From: Raillietiella orientalis
Taxonomy: Eukaryota
Length of the DNA stretch: 64,000 bases
Direction of reading: 5' to 3'
NCBI GenBank assembly: GCA_036172245.1
Contig: JAYWIR010000006.1
Location: forward strand, 2,170,001 to 2,234,000
The translations under genes were made by a program, and so were the position numbers. Under the pieces are notes generated by a model, which had not been told where the DNA came from, searched no databases, and saw only the letters and a program-made list of their open reading frames with translations. This document shows positions 40,701-55,124 of this stretch, piece after piece. Every line of letters starts with the position of its first letter. The first letter of the stretch is position 1.

Positions 40701-41389
40701 TTGACCGTAAAAGAATGATGGAAAACCGTATTAAGTTTGTTCACGAATTTATATTTACAAATTACATTCACCGTACCCCACTTAATTCACATGGGGAGGA
40801 AAGAAGCTCAACAGCAACCATTTAAAGTATATTGGAGCATGTTGTTATTTGGCTCATCATACATTAAGCTCATTTGTATATGTGGCATACATGATGACAT
40901 TAAGGGGAGAAAAAATGTGCAACAAATTAAAAGTGTTGCTTTAGAATAATAATGATGAACTAAGGGAAAAAAATCAGAATTATGTTGAGTTTCCTTTTAA
41001 AATGAAAAGAATATTTCTCTTATATATTCCAGTGCCATGAGCAGCAATTTTCCAGGTATTCATGTGTACAAGTCACTCTTCATGGATTCATAAAAAAAAC
41101 ACACACACACACATATAAAAGATCTAAAACTCATTTAAAATAATTCAAACTAAGATGATCAAAACCAAACGGGGTTGATGTTTTGCTATATAAATGAAAT
41201 GAAAAACCATAGTCAAACCTACAAATAAACTGAGATCTGAATTGCACACGGAGAGTGTGTTTATCACTCGGATGTGTATTAAAATTTTTACAATAAAATT
41301 TCATAATAAAGTCTGTGAAGTATGCTCAGGCAGAATATGTGGTTCTGCCTGTCCTGGGACACTTGCCGTTACCGGCCCGCAGGCCGGTG

Positions 41390-42175
41390 AGGTCACGCTG
41401 GGACCCGAAAGATGGTGAACTATGCCTGGCCAGGACGAAGCCAGAGGAAACTCTGTTGGGGGTCCACAGCGATCCTAACGTGCAAATTGGTCGAAAGATG
41501 AATCGAACCATCTAGTTGCTGGCTCCCTCCGAAGTTTCCTTCAGGATAGCTGGAACAGAAAAAGGACGAAGTCTCATCCGCTAAAGTGAGAGATTAGAGG
41601 CCTTGGGGCCGAAATGACCCCAACCTATTCTCAAACTTTAAATGAGCGAGAAGTCCGGCTTGCTTGAAAGCTGAAGCTCGAACTGTCGGATCCATGAGCG
41701 CCCAGTGGGTCCATTTTGGTAAGCAGACTGGCTCTGTGGGATGAACCAAACGTTGGGTTACGGCGCCCGATGCGGCGCTCATCAGATCCCATGAAAGGTG
41801 TTGGTTGCTATGGACAGCAGGACGGTGGCCATGGAAGTCGGAATCCGCTAAGGAGTGTGTAACGACTCACCTGCCGAAGCAACTGGCCCTGAAAATGGAT
41901 GGCGCTCAAGCGTCGAGCCTGCGCCCAACCGCCGGGACAGAGCCGTTCCTGCGTTCCGGGCGCGTTGCGGAGGAACAGCAGGTTCCTCAGGTTCCGGCGA
42001 GAAGGAGGGTCGCGACATTGCGCGCAGAAGGGTTTGAGCGGGAGCTCGCCTGGAGCCGCCGTCGGCGCAGATCTTGGTGGTAGCAGCAACTACTCCAGCG
42101 AGATCCTGGAGGTCTGATGTGGAGGAGCGTTTCCATGCGAACAGCCTCTGAGCATGGTTCAGTCGATACTAAGTC
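41390..42175 (+). pseudogene. 28S rRNA: Isolated 28S (LSU) rRNA fragment, rRNA pseudogene
   Basis: Conserved LSU blocks GACCCGAAAGATGGTGAACTATGCCTG, ACCTATTCTCAAACTTTAAATG, CAGCAGGACGGTGGCCATGGAAGTCGGAATCCGCTAAGGAGTGTGTAAC, GCAGATCTTGGTGGTAG. Only ~0.8 kb, AT-rich non-rDNA flanks, a ~20-nt deletion near 41493 and substitutions in normally invariant positions. Confidence 0.95.
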
Positions 42176-44018
42176 CCCGGAGAGTGGGGTTATGCGTGTT
42201 TTTCAGGTCATACCTGTTTTGTATATTTTGAGGTATTCCTCTAAGAAACAAATAAATGCGTGCTTACCCTCAAAACCAAAACGGTTCCTAAATTTCAGTT
42301 TTAGTATTTCAGTGGAGTCCTCGAGAAGTACTTCCCGAAAATCACTTAAGGGCGTTTTTTGTCACGTCTTTAAGAGCTACTAAAAGGGTTTTTAATAGGT
42401 TTTAAAGACTTGCCAAGAAACGCTCTTTTTAGACATATTTTTATAATTTAGACAGCTATTTTGATAATGCCATTTGAAATCAAAATTTATAGCAATTATG
42501 ATATCACTGTTAAAAAATTCGAAGATCACTTTATCTTGTATTCTTTATTCTCTTATTCTTCTATTCTTTTTGTATGTGAGCGAATAAACCTTTATTTTAA
42601 AAAAATTCCAGATGTCTAAACGCAAAAAGCGGAAACAGAATTAATAAATCGAAAAAAAAAAAAAAAAAAACACTTGCACAATTCTGAGATACCCTAAAGA
42701 CTGTGATTTTTATTTTTATTTTTTGATTTATACTAATCTTGCAATCTGCACAGCTAATGTAGATTTTATATTCCAGGCACAGAAGAAAACAAAGGAAGAA
42801 AACATCTAATCTGACATTTATTTGAGAAACCCAGCGAGTGTCATCTTTTTCTTGGGCTTCATCGCTGGATCTTGGCACTCCAGTCTTTGGCTACAAGCTG
42901 AATATCAGAAGGATGCTGCCAATTTGTGGTTGCACTCCTTCTGTTGATGGTTTTTGTTTCCGTAAAGATGGATTTTTTCTTTTTTTTTCCTCCCCTCTCC
43001 CCCCCCCCCCCAATTAATTGCATTTCCTGATTATCCCACAAATCTTGATGTAAATTGACCACAGGAACATAACTCGAGTCGAATTAATCTACCCAGAAGT
43101 ATGCAAGGCAATCATAACTCAGTAAATCTTTTATATCTGATCAGAAAAAAATCATCAGTCCGTGAGGGATCCCCCACAAGTATGAAACCAAATTAACAAG
43201 TAAAAAAAAATTCCGATTTGCTAACGATGGGTGTCCAATTGAATCGAGTAGAAAATCCTGAAGACTTTTCAATTTGATTAGTCAAAGGTTTCTTAACTTT
43301 ATTGCATTCCGTCAGAATGTGTCCTCTTTACTGCCCAACTGTGGACATTCTTCTTCTTCACGTACACGTGAAGTACCTTCTCCTACTCTTCTCCCTCTGA
43401 TATCCTATTTGAAAAGGATGGATCCCTACTGGGAAAATTGCAAATGCTTCCCAAGTCCTCATTCCCGATTCCAAAGGTCGAATTCTAAAGAACAGTGGGC
43501 CGGTGTCGGGGCCGTTTCAAATCTGGTTACCAACATTCACCCCGAAATGTCTGTTCCGTAGAAATAGCTGGAAACTCACAGGCATTTCTTGGATTCGACC
43601 GAAGCAACATAAACCAGTTTCGAATGATGCAGACTCCCTCTTGCACCCACATAAGATTACATGGTTTTCTTGCTACGCTTTGTACCAAGAAATAATAAAG
43701 AGGAAAAAAAAAAATTCTTTTTTTTTTTCCTTTTGATTATTTGGTACAAATACTTAGTAAAAAAAAGGAATTGGTGAGAGGAGAAAAAAAACTATTGGGA
43801 GGCATGCTCTTGCGTTTCCACGAAGACCCAAACGAAAGTGGACCGACAGCAATCGCCTAACTTCGAATCTGAATTTTCCCAATCCGAATTTTTCCCTTTG
43901 GTCTGTTTGCCCGTTTGAGGGCATCGAGGAGGAAGTTACCAAGGCAACCCCTCTCACAGCTCCTTGCAAAAATGTAACATTTGTGCCGAAAACCACCGTT
44001 GTAAACATTTTTTTTCTT

Positions 44019-44051
<33 letters not shown>

Positions 44052-44936
44052 GTATGCGTACGAACCCGAAAAATTATACAGTGACCAACTACAAACTTTG
44101 ATTGCAATGAATTTCTGTTTCTAAGGAAACGCTTGCGTTTGTTCCATAATGTGGACCCTTGGTACAGAAAGGAAATCGTAAGTCTTGATGTATTAAAGGC
44201 TAAGCATGAAGTGTGCATTTGGATTCCTCTTATCAGCAGAATCCAAATTTATGGCGCGCGCACGGAGAATGAGAACAGTCGGTTAGCAGAAAGTACTTTT
44301 TGAGATGTAGTTTGCTGCCCGACCGTCTTCAGAAGAACGGAAGGCATTTGATTTGCAACTTTTGGGCATTAGCAACCATTTTTTTTTTTTTTTTTTTTTC
44401 TTTTACATAACATGCTAATTTTTTGAAAAATTGCGCACTTCACAGAGTTTTTTCCCGCCAATGCACCGCAGCTACCGAATTGCGAAGGGAACGGCAAAAT
44501 CCGAGGCGCATCGGAATTGGAGATTCGGTCCTTCAAGGCTGCGGATGCCGAAATTTGTATGGAGATCAGTGTGGCTGAATTGCCGAGACATCTAAACTTT
44601 GCCGTGGCCGAACAAAAAGAGAACACTACGAGCTCTTGCCTACTTTTTAAGGAATACAGGGGCGACATGATACTTGAGCTCAGAGAAGTTTGTCAAAATT
44701 CACATTTCTAAGAATAATGGATCCTAATTTTGATGGAGCAAATAAGGCTCGTCTCTACACTTTTCTGGATTGCTAAACAAAACATAACACGAAACTTGGA
44801 ATATCAAGTAACATCTGGATACACTTGTCAAGGAAGTTTGTTTTCAGTTTCACCATTAATGCACCACTGTTACTGTTATTATTGTTATAGCAAGAGCACA
44901 ACCTACTAGTTTTCGACGAGCAAACGAAAAACTAAA

Positions 44937-45713
44937 TCAAACTTCTGTACCCTTTTTTATTTCCCCTTCTGGGTTACTTAAGTGAAGGTCAATAGGTTTA
45001 TCATATCCCATCAGATGACAATAAATGTCTAAATCATGAAAATATCTGGGGTCAGCCAGAAAGGATTTTCCATGTGCTACAAAACTTGTGAAAATCCCAG
45101 GGACATCTGGAACCCTGACATCAGCTGCAGAAAACTTGTGCTATCAAAAAAGGGGATATGCTGCACATGTTTCTAACAGTCCTGCTTACCTCTTGCTCTT
45201 TCAGTAAAAAGGATAACGTTACTGCTGTAAACACATCAGTTTCAGAATTGTAACTCAAACGGAGAACATAATTTCTAGTGATCAGGTGAAGCAACACTGG
45301 TGTTACATAGGTGAAAATTCCCACCACTGATGCACTTGCAATAGCAAAAGAAGTGCTCATATTGCTTAGATTGTGCCATATAACAAAATGAGTGTACAGT
45401 CCCAATATGCTAGTGGACATGGAGAAAAACTTAGTTGCCTTGACAGCTCTGGATAAAGGACCTTTATAGACAAGAACTGGGCCAAGGTCTTTTTCTTGGG
45501 AAGTCAAAGAAATGTTTCCAGTAAAGAAATGTTCTCTCTTCTGGAGGATCTAAAACGAAAAGCTACTATACTATGCACACTGGTACCCAATAGAATAAAT
45601 TCATATGTGTTGCTGTAGGAAACCTACAATACGAGGTAACTTACATGAGGAGATATCTTGATCCAATTTTGGTTGGATATCTTCCTGCACGTTAGAACCA
45701 AAATTGCTGCCAT
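44937..45713 (-). CDS. TMEM70: Transmembrane protein 70, mitochondrial ATP synthase assembly factor (~210 aa; exons 45645-45713, 45190-45549, 44937-45140)
   Basis: LVYKGPLSRAVKATKFFSMSTS, two hydrophobic segments, TPVLLHLITRNYVLRLSY, VRVPDVPGIFTSF, YCHLMGYDKP; GT-AG introns keep the frame. First exon less certain. Confidence 0.93.
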
Positions 45714-48700
45714 TTTATGTCATACAAAGATGCTCTAGAGAAACATTAAACATGACCATGAATACATAATTTAAAGGATTTGAGATTCATTTTTGCCATG
45801 TAAATATTAGTATGTAAAATATGCGGTGCAATAAAAATTAGGGGTTAAAAAAATTTACATACACAATTGTTGATGAAATTCAAATTCTCGAAAAATTGAT
45901 GCTATTAAATACGTATGTATTTTAAATATTTCCAAGCTCCTACGTATCTTCAAGCAAACAACGCTTAGCTTCCACACACTGAGAAACTATGGCTACAAAC
46001 TCAAAATCAAGGGTAAATAAAAAAAAAAATAAATCGCTCTTGATAACTGGTTATGAATGGCGGCATAAACCGGACAGGTCCTTTGTATATAAAATAAACT
46101 GAGTACAGCTCTCCAGTTTTCTAGGAAACCTGTGTACACTGAGGTGATTGTTGATCAGGAGATACACAGCAAGAAGCGCACATGTTGAAACAAACATGAA
46201 GAAAATGAATTCAAATTAATGTTTTTTTAACAGACAGTCATAGTTTGAAATCTTCGGGCTATTTTACTAACGGTGCAAAATACAGTTGAAATACACAAAA
46301 ACTATGCATACAGAGAACATTCCAAAAAACTGGGCGTAGCTCCGGGACGCCTGATTATTCTTGAAACCTGCTACTCTTTCTATTAAGCAATCACAAATGC
46401 TAGTCAGTTGAACTTACTGTAGTGAATTCAGAAAACATAAGCAATGCATGCAAAATACTAAAAGGTTGACAACCACGTTTTTATTATTTAAGACGTCATT
46501 CGAATAGAACCAGTTTTACAGAGCATCCCCAAGTGATTTTTTTTTTATTATTTAATCTTCCTCTTTGCAAATTTCACAGTATAAATTCCTCAGTCCCCCC
46601 TTGCCAAGTTTGGTTTTCGGTGACACTTCACTTCTAGGTCGCGAAGGTTCCCTCCGAGTATGACGATTATTCCGATCGGGGATCGCACATCTTTTGCAAA
46701 GCAGTTGCCAAACCCCTTTTGCAAAAAAATTTGCGATTTTACAACTATCAGCTTTTGAAAATTACAAATGCATCTTCAACTATTTGTTACATGAACCAAA
46801 TAAGATACCTAGAAGCCAATTCTTCGCGAAGCTCTTATCCTGGAGACTCGTTGAAGAAAGCTTCAAGGAAACCTTGTCAACAAGTTGCAGCGCTTTTGAT
46901 GGTGATCTGTTACTTGGCGAAAACAAAAAATAAGTCTAAAGAACGAATTCTGTGGTAGGTGAGAAAAACTGAAAGTCCTGAATTCATTCGCCTTCATTTT
47001 AGAGCTCTTATATAACGTAGTTTGCTTGCTAGAACTTTATTTGAAACAAGAGTCCTTGGTTTAGTTTAGGGGAAATTCATTCAAATACCTTCGCTCAAGG
47101 AAACACCACGAGTTGTTTTCTTTGCTGACTTGTTCTTATATATCTTATAACTTATTGCAATAAATTATCTCATCTTATTGATCCTTATTAGATAATCTTA
47201 TTAAATATTGCTGTCAACTGACTGGTTCTGTTATTTGTTTTTTTTTTAATACTTCAAACCATTCTTTAGACAAAGTTCTCTTCCACATCTTTATTGAATT
47301 TTAATCTCTGAGAATAAAGTTTCCGTACAATCTAAAATTACACCAATACTGTTTACAAAAACTTCGACTCGCAATCGTGTATGCTGGAATGTTTATCTAA
47401 TAGATTTTCTCGACCAACATCATCCTCCGTTCTGTTCCAATTTCTCTTTCGTTGCTCATATATGATTCCGTAATTTTGAGTACCTGAAACAATTCTGGAC
47501 TAGGCAACTCAATTTTTCAATTTGTTCGAATGAAATGTTTTCCAGTTTCTGTGTTTTTGTTAAAAGAACAATCTCAACATTGCTTTTAAAAAAGTTTATG
47601 TTCCTTGTTGACAGCTGAAATGTTTATGTACTGGCCTTTGAATCGAAATACCCAGCTTCATCACAAAACAATGATCCTATCCTCGTGAGTAAAATGACTT
47701 CACAGAGTAATAAAGTTGAGAAGAGAGACATTTGAGAGACAATTTACTTTTAGAGTGAAGCTGATAAATTATAGCTTTGGTATCTTTTCTATTAGGTTTT
47801 CTTCCTGATGTACTGAAAGTGCATCAAATAGAAAGTACAACAACGCGTATCAAATACGCTAAAAGTAAAACTAATAGGCGTCAAAATATTTGATATCTAT
47901 ATAATTAATACATTCAACAAACATTGTCTCAAGAACACTGTCCAAATCTTTGGATTATCACAATATATGACATAAGACGATGAAATAAGGCATTTCATCA
48001 TGCTTTCCTGCAGACGATCCTGAAACCACTTATCAGTTGCAAGGGCATGACAGCAATCTTCTGAGAAATTGCGTCTAAACTTAGTGCATTCTGTCTCTTT
48101 GTTTCCACAAATCAAAGGAAACAAGTGACTCGAATATTTTGCTTCTTGAAGTCCTTAGGATGAGTACATTTTTTGGAATCATTTCTAAATCTGTTATTTT
48201 CGCTGAAGATTCCTTTCTCCTGAAACAAAAGTACATTTTATCCAAGAAAACTCAAGCATGTTGATTTGTTTATATAGGCTTACTAACATGGACAGTTTGC
48301 ATTTTTTTTTTCCCCATGCGTTAAAGTTAGGAGAAAATAAATATGAATGAATCTGTCTAGGCAAAATGATATCTCTGCCTATAAAATTATGCATTCTTCA
48401 GTTTTAAATTTATTTCGAGCGAAGTTTCTCATTTGCAAAATGCTGTCATATGTTTACCTAATTTTTTTCGCTCTCTGAAGAGTTTTTCAATGTAAAAATT
48501 GGTGTAGGAAAGCTACATCCTTTGTTTCTTCACGTTTTCTCCATCTTGTCTATGGTTTCCAGCTACCTGTAAACATAGACTTTTTCCAAGTTCTGAAATA
48601 TACCTTCACCTTCTCGATAACCGGGACATGGTTCCTGAATTTTTTTGACGAAAGTTTGGAGATTATGGCATTCTCATTGAATCCAAACGAATTGAAAAAA

Positions 48701-51700
48701 ATAATCCGAGCAATCGAACACTAATATCGGACAATGCAGTCCAAAACGGTCTTATTGTGAATTCTCTTTGCCAACTGTAGTGCACTCTTGCATTATCGTG
48801 AGAAGAGTGTCTTTCGTTTCCTGGTGTGGTGCCGGACTCAGTTCATGAGCCAATACCATCTTCATAAAATGGTGGAGAGATTACCTTTCTGCTTTCTCCA
48901 TAGTGTCGCCCCAAATCACTGCTTTCATTACTTCGACATACCATTACAACAACTTTTCCTACTGGAGATGCTGTATTCAACTTGCTCAATAAAGTCGAGT
49001 GATGTCGTGGAGTACAGCTTCCCTAAACGCTTCCTTGAGAGTTCGGAATATTCCTTACTGTTTCTTTCTCAAACATTAGGAGCCTCATGTGTTTGTGAAA
49101 ACCATTTCAAACATAATTGCATTCAGTGCTAATGTCTTCAAACTGTACTATCGCTCAAAGTTCGTGTTTCCTAATGTTGCGCAAAGAACAAAAAAAAAAA
49201 GGTAAAGAAAAAATCATTGAGCGGCCCTGGTGATTACTGGACGGATGGAAAATTCTTTTTGTGTGTTTTATTCGTTTTTCTTGCGATTACTCACTTAAGT
49301 TTGTTTTATCATCCATCTGTGCATTTTTAGCAATCTATTTTTCTCCTGTCCCTATCGCTTCTTATTAATGATCCTAATGTATTCAGAAAAAAACAGAGAT
49401 TAGAAATCACGGAAGACTAATTCAAGGCAAGGAATGTGCTGAATAAATTGTGATAATTTGTTGATATCGAGAAGAATTATCAACCTACATCTCCTAACAA
49501 AAAATATATACATAGAGTTGCATTTTTGCATTTCTACAGAGGATGCTAGATTAGTTGTCTACAAAATATCACCTTTCACAAACACAAAATACAAAAACAG
49601 GATTGTCTAGGGAAATAAAATAGAAAGAAGAAATTAAATATTTGGCAAATCCAGAAAACACGTTTTGAAAAGAACTGTCACCAAGAACAATTGAAAGAAA
49701 AAGAAAAAAAACTCATTCCAGTGAATGCTACATAAAATGCTTAAAGACTTTAAATAATATATTACACCTGTGGAGTGGGAGTACAGTCTTCTGAAGAGGA
49801 AAAATAAGGAATTGTTTATGGATGGAAAAAGCTTTCAAATTACAAATGCTATTTCATTTTTGTATATTTTGAGAACACTGAAGAAAAGAAAATAAGCTAA
49901 GGCACATAGCATGGGCTAAATTTTCAAATGATTAAAAACACTGTTAAGGTATCTTGATATTTTAGGTAAACCAACTATCCAAATTCCATTCTAGTTCCAC
50001 TTCCTGACTCCTTTTTCTATTACCAAACACCATTTACTGCGAAATTCAGAGGATCATAGCCCTGGAAAATTTGTAGATTTTTCATGTTGCACTTTAACAT
50101 ACACAAGTACCACATCTATGACAAATAGCAGTCTACGTTAATTTTTCTCTCTGTTTAGGGGCCAAACCGTTAAGGATTTAAATCTCAGGGAGAAAGTCTT
50201 GGAGAATGATTTCTGGCTTTTTCTTTGTGCAAACATTTGCTTGGCCACCTTGGTAGTTATGTCAACGGTTTAGAAGACGAGTTGAAGAATTGCGTGTTAG
50301 CAGTTAGGTGCTGATGGTATTGACCTTTGTTCCTTTGAAATCTTTGGCACCCTGACCAACTTTAAACTTTCAGATGATTAAACGCTACTCTTTCGTTGTG
50401 CTACAGTAGCTACACAGGCTGTTTCCAAAGATGTCACTATTTTTCTTTCACCTTTCACGATGGCAGTGCCGCTGTTGCAGTGTTTCACACGGTACTTACC
50501 TATATTTAGAAACTGATTCCAAATTTCCGGGATGCAATTCCGAATAGCTTGGAAAACGAGTGACACATGCACTCAGGCAAGTTTCAGGAATAACAAATTC
50601 CGAGTAAAAGAGCGCACCAATTTCAATGCCCTTAAGGATTAAGCAACGTGAGGTTTTGGAAGTCTAAAATTGGCAGCCCAGCAATTATGGGGTGATTGTG
50701 CTGATGTATGGGGCTTGTAGTCAAACTTGCATGAAAAATTTTGAATCCAAAATTCCCATAACAGGGTCAGAAAAAACAAGTGTTCACGATGTCAGCACAC
50801 ATTCTGCAAAGCACCGTGGGATGTCACAAAAGGAAAAGATAGGTAAGGAAAATGCAACAGTTTCTGGAAAATGCAACGGTTTTGTGGATGTATGCATAAC
50901 TCTTGGGTAACATTGGTGATTCAAATGCTTATTAGCTGAAAGGTATAGATTTCTGACACCACTTTCAGAAAGAAACAAAGTTAACAGTTGCATTCCACTT
51001 TGAAAATTCAGGTTTGGTTACAAGGAAATAGCCACTATCCCCAAATAGTACTTTTTGTTAAGTGCTGAAAGTGAACAGCCAAAGCAGTTTAAGTACAGCA
51101 GGCATTCAAAAGTTTGGATTGCATTTATTTTTAAGTTGCAGCCAATATAAGCATTTCCAATTAAAGCTGCATTTTTTGCAACGACATTTACATTGGATAC
51201 ATGCAAAAACTGCGTACATGCAATGTAATTCACAATAATCGTCTTGAGATTTGTACAAATCTGGATAATTTATTTACTTCTTTTAATGCAACTATAATTG
51301 TTAGAAATTTTCCTGAAACATTTTTAAATTACTGATGCAAAATTTACGCAGCAAGAATACACACATGGGAATGTAAGTCTATGATTATTTATGTGCTGCT
51401 GTAACAGCAAATTTTATAATTTTCACATTTTGATGGAAACTGAATTTGCTGTTTACATGATAGATTTAGTGCAATGGACTCAACAACTCTTCATCAACTA
51501 AAAGGCAATTTGTATTATTGAATTTAAACAGTTTCAGTATATTATCTAAGGATTACCATTGTGTTATTTTTCAAATCCTTTTTTGATCGAAAAAGACTCG
51601 ATTAACACATTCTCATATTAAAAAGTTGCATTTCAGTACACACATGTATGACATATCATACATTATGCTTTACTTTCATGAAAAATAGGCCATTCCAAGG

Positions 51701-52358
51701 TGAAATATCATTCTCAACTTTTTCTTGTTACTGATGTGTTGATCAATAACAAAAAGCAAATCTCAAGCTACCTGGGTAGCAGGCTGGATACTATGCCCTA
51801 TAAAGCACCTATATTTCAAAAATAAACAATTCCAGAAGAAATGATTACCAATGAATACCAGTCAAAAGTGCATTCCCTTCATGGAAGAGCAACAAATCAT
51901 AAATTAAGAGTTTCACAAGAACAATAATCAAAGTAAAGTATTTGATTTTGGGCGTTTGAGTTTGGCATATGCTTGATTTCACACTCTCCTATTGACAAGA
52001 GCTAGGTTTTTTAAGTGATTGCATACAATGAAGCTTTGTTGAAAATTCATCAGCTGTCTTGATTAAATTATTATATAGGCCAATTTATGGTACTATGATT
52101 AATAAATACATCTAAAGTATCACTTGGACATTCACATTCATCAATCTCAATGACAATTTACACACAAAAGAACCATGATACAAGAACACCTAATTAGATA
52201 TCAAACTGTATTAAAAACATCCTTGCTGAACTTCAAAATTATAACAAAAAACTGTGTACAAAAAGCACCTCAATGGTGTTTCATCATGTGAAGATTTTTG
52301 ATTCCAATCAAATAAATATATTGATCACTTTCAGAACTACTCATGTATTATCCACACT

Positions 52359-53318
52359 TTAGTTGACAGCAAGCAGCTCCACCTCAAAAATTAAAGTGGC
52401 ATTTGGAGGTATAGTATAGAGCATTAAGGATTATTTGGTTCAATTCATATTTAATTTACAAGTAGCTATTCATCAATAAAAAAGGATATACTCCAGGGTG
52501 TCCTCGTGCTCCATAAGCATAATCAGGAGTACAAATCAATTTGGCTTTTTCCCCTACACTGAGCTGGAATACATTTCAATTAAAATTCTTATCTTGGCAA
52601 TACTCAAACTCTGGCAACTCCTTCATCCCATCCTTTGATTACTTCTCCTCTCCCTATACAAAACTTAAATGGTGAGTTGCGATCACGGGACGAATCGAAC
52701 TTTACCCCATTTTCAAATGTTCCAGTATAATGCACAGTGACAATTTGCCCAGGCTTGGGAAAGGTTTGTCCTAAATATAACAGTCATCTTTATCGTCAGC
52801 ACATTTCCCAAAGTACATTTTAAGATTATCAGCTTTCAAATTTGAATGTTAAAAATACATTTAAAATAGTTCGAAATTTATGGAATTTCAACATTTGCTA
52901 AATGCTGTGGAATTAGTTTAAAGGAAGAAAAATGGGGAGGCAGTCAATGAAATCACTAACGATTACAAGGGAAAGCAATTAATGCAGTTAAAGGTTTGAA
53001 AAATTTCATAAAAGTTTCTTATGAGAACAACATATCTAACTGTAATATCTACTCAATGTTAAGGCAGATTTGCCTTCAAAATTTTTCATAACAGATCGTG
53101 AAAACATATTTTACACACTACAAACAGCATTATTGGCTTGAATTTTAATAAAGACTCAATGTTAAAAAAAAATAACCAAAGAAAGTTTTCGTTAATCCAC
53201 TAGACATTTTTTACATTTTTAAACATTACATGGATTATTAGTGTGAAACTATAAACAGTGTGGTTACAAAATATACTCAACCGTCTCCTTTATTTATTGA
53301 CTCAATTGTTACTCCCAT
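52359..53318 (-). CDS. FKBP12: FK506-binding protein 12, peptidyl-prolyl isomerase, 108 aa (exons 53282-53318, 52610-52770, 52490-52563, 52359-52413); missing from the ORF track
   Basis: Spliced translation [108 protein letters not shown]; exons total 327 nt. Confidence 0.98.
52414..52489 (-). other. U12-type AT-AC minor intron in FKBP12 (76 nt)
   Basis: 5' end ATATCCTTTT, branch site TCCTTAAT (52430-52423), 3' end ...TCTATAC; removal restores GHPGV-IPPNATL exactly. Confidence 0.95.
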
Positions 53319-55124
53319 TATGACAGTAAATATGTTTAAAAAAATTTAACGTTTATATTGAGATCAATAACAAGATAAACAGATTCTCTACAACAACGCT
53401 AAGCATAGCACGCAACAGCGTTTCTCAAACGGAAACGAATGATGACAGGATAATTAATTGTTCATGTGCATATGCTGTAAATATTGACAAAACAAATTCA
53501 ATTTACATTCAAATAACCAAATATAAATTGTTACAGAAAGTAGATTTTCTAAAACTATAATTTTTCATATAGCATCTAGCTAAATGTTAGGAAACACGTT
53601 TAGGATTTGAAATTACAAAAACCGCGAGTAATTTCTTTTTCCTGAGGAAATTCTTATGAAAATAAATTTTGTATTTAAAATGTGTACATTTAAGCCATAG
53701 AATGGCATAATATTTACTGTAGATTTTCATTGATGCACATAATTTTGTATAATGATGTATGCATTCATTCATGATTATGGTGAACATTTGAAACACCAAT
53801 GTGTCAAAAATGAACTAACAAGGCATTGAAAGGGCATGAATCAGGCAAATTAAGAATAATTTTCTCAAAACAGGGAAGCAAGATTTTTTGCATCCTTAGT
53901 CAAAAGAATGTTAGATCCAATCAATTTATTTTTCCAAGACAAAAAGGTATTTTAAATGTCATCGTGATATTGCTCGAAATGCATTTCTTTCTTCCAGCAC
54001 AACTACAAAGTGCCAACTGCCCGAAGTAACTCATAATTAGGCAGCATGCTATAAAGAATAACTTAGTATACTTTCACATAGCAGCAGCTTGAGAAAGTAA
54101 CCAAGAAATCGGTATATACTAATCCGTAGATTATTGATAGAGATTATTGATCACTGAATCCCATCTTAAGATCAGGAAGATAATATGTGCATATTCTACT
54201 TCCCTCCAAGAGAGATTTGGATTACAACATGAAACTCTTTTGCGCAACTGCTTAATAGTCCAAACTGTTGCTGCTTTCATTTATGAAATGCCAAGATTCA
54301 GCATAGCAAGCAACTTGATAGCAGAGAAGCCACCTACAACCATCCTATTCTGAAAAGGCAACAGCACTGGGCGTTTCAGTTCATTCTCAACTTTTATTTT
54401 GTCGAGACCATTCCCTTTATTGACCACTTTAAGCTTACTCCTCAAAACGTTCCCCCGGCATCATTCTAACCACAAGAGAAGATTCTTATGAACCACTTTG
54501 GCTCTGCGTATGTGTAATGCTGCTTTCCTTTCCTTGTTTCATTGGATTTTATGACTTGAAAACTCATAAGCATGTACTTCTTCACCTGGACATTGACAGA
54601 ATAATTCCTCCTCGTCTGATCGAGACCGGCCAAGTCATCTCTTCGTCAGAGAAGTCCAAAAAATCTTATTACAAAAACAAACAAGTTTGCGCTTTTCAAA
54701 ATAAGTCAGGCTGATGCTACGAATCCTTAAGTACCTTATGGGTCATCTCTCTTCATCTTTACTTTGCGTTGTTTCTGTTCATCACGGAGCGACTTCTGTA
54801 TCATAATAAAATCCCAAGAAACTCAACGGGAAAAAAAGTTCTTTTGACTCCCGAGATTTTTTCTATCATTGCAAGATTCTTATCGGAAATAGGAATTCCG
54901 AAAACTTTTTTCCGGCCCACTTTATGTTCAGAAGCCATGACTTGTCCAAACGCATGCATATTCCTTCATTTCTAATTTCGCATGCACACTTGGCAACAGA
55001 TGGTTTCGAACGACACGCATTAGACACATGGCATCTACTTTCTTTATGAGCGTTTTTTATTATTATTTTTGTTGAAGTTGAATACGTTATTTTAACATAC
55101 GGCGCGCTGACTCTTAATAGAAAT

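Noticed and set aside
41315..42117. ORFs overlapping the rRNA fragment
   Set aside because: Spurious translations of 28S rRNA sequence.
46980..49200. Minus-strand purine-rich stretch with splice-like signals, possibly a gene or decayed transposase
   Set aside because: All frames I tried hit stops quickly and gave no recognisable protein; needs RNA-seq or a homology search.
50150..50180. Perfect U12 branch motif TCCTTAAC on the minus strand
   Set aside because: No matching U12 donor nearby, and the downstream sequence is not an FKBP-like alternative exon; probably chance.
53600..55000. Possible additional gene between APC10 and FKBP12
   Set aside because: Only short open segments (e.g. MASEHKVGRKKVFGIPISDK on the minus strand); I could not assemble a consistent spliced model or recognise a family.
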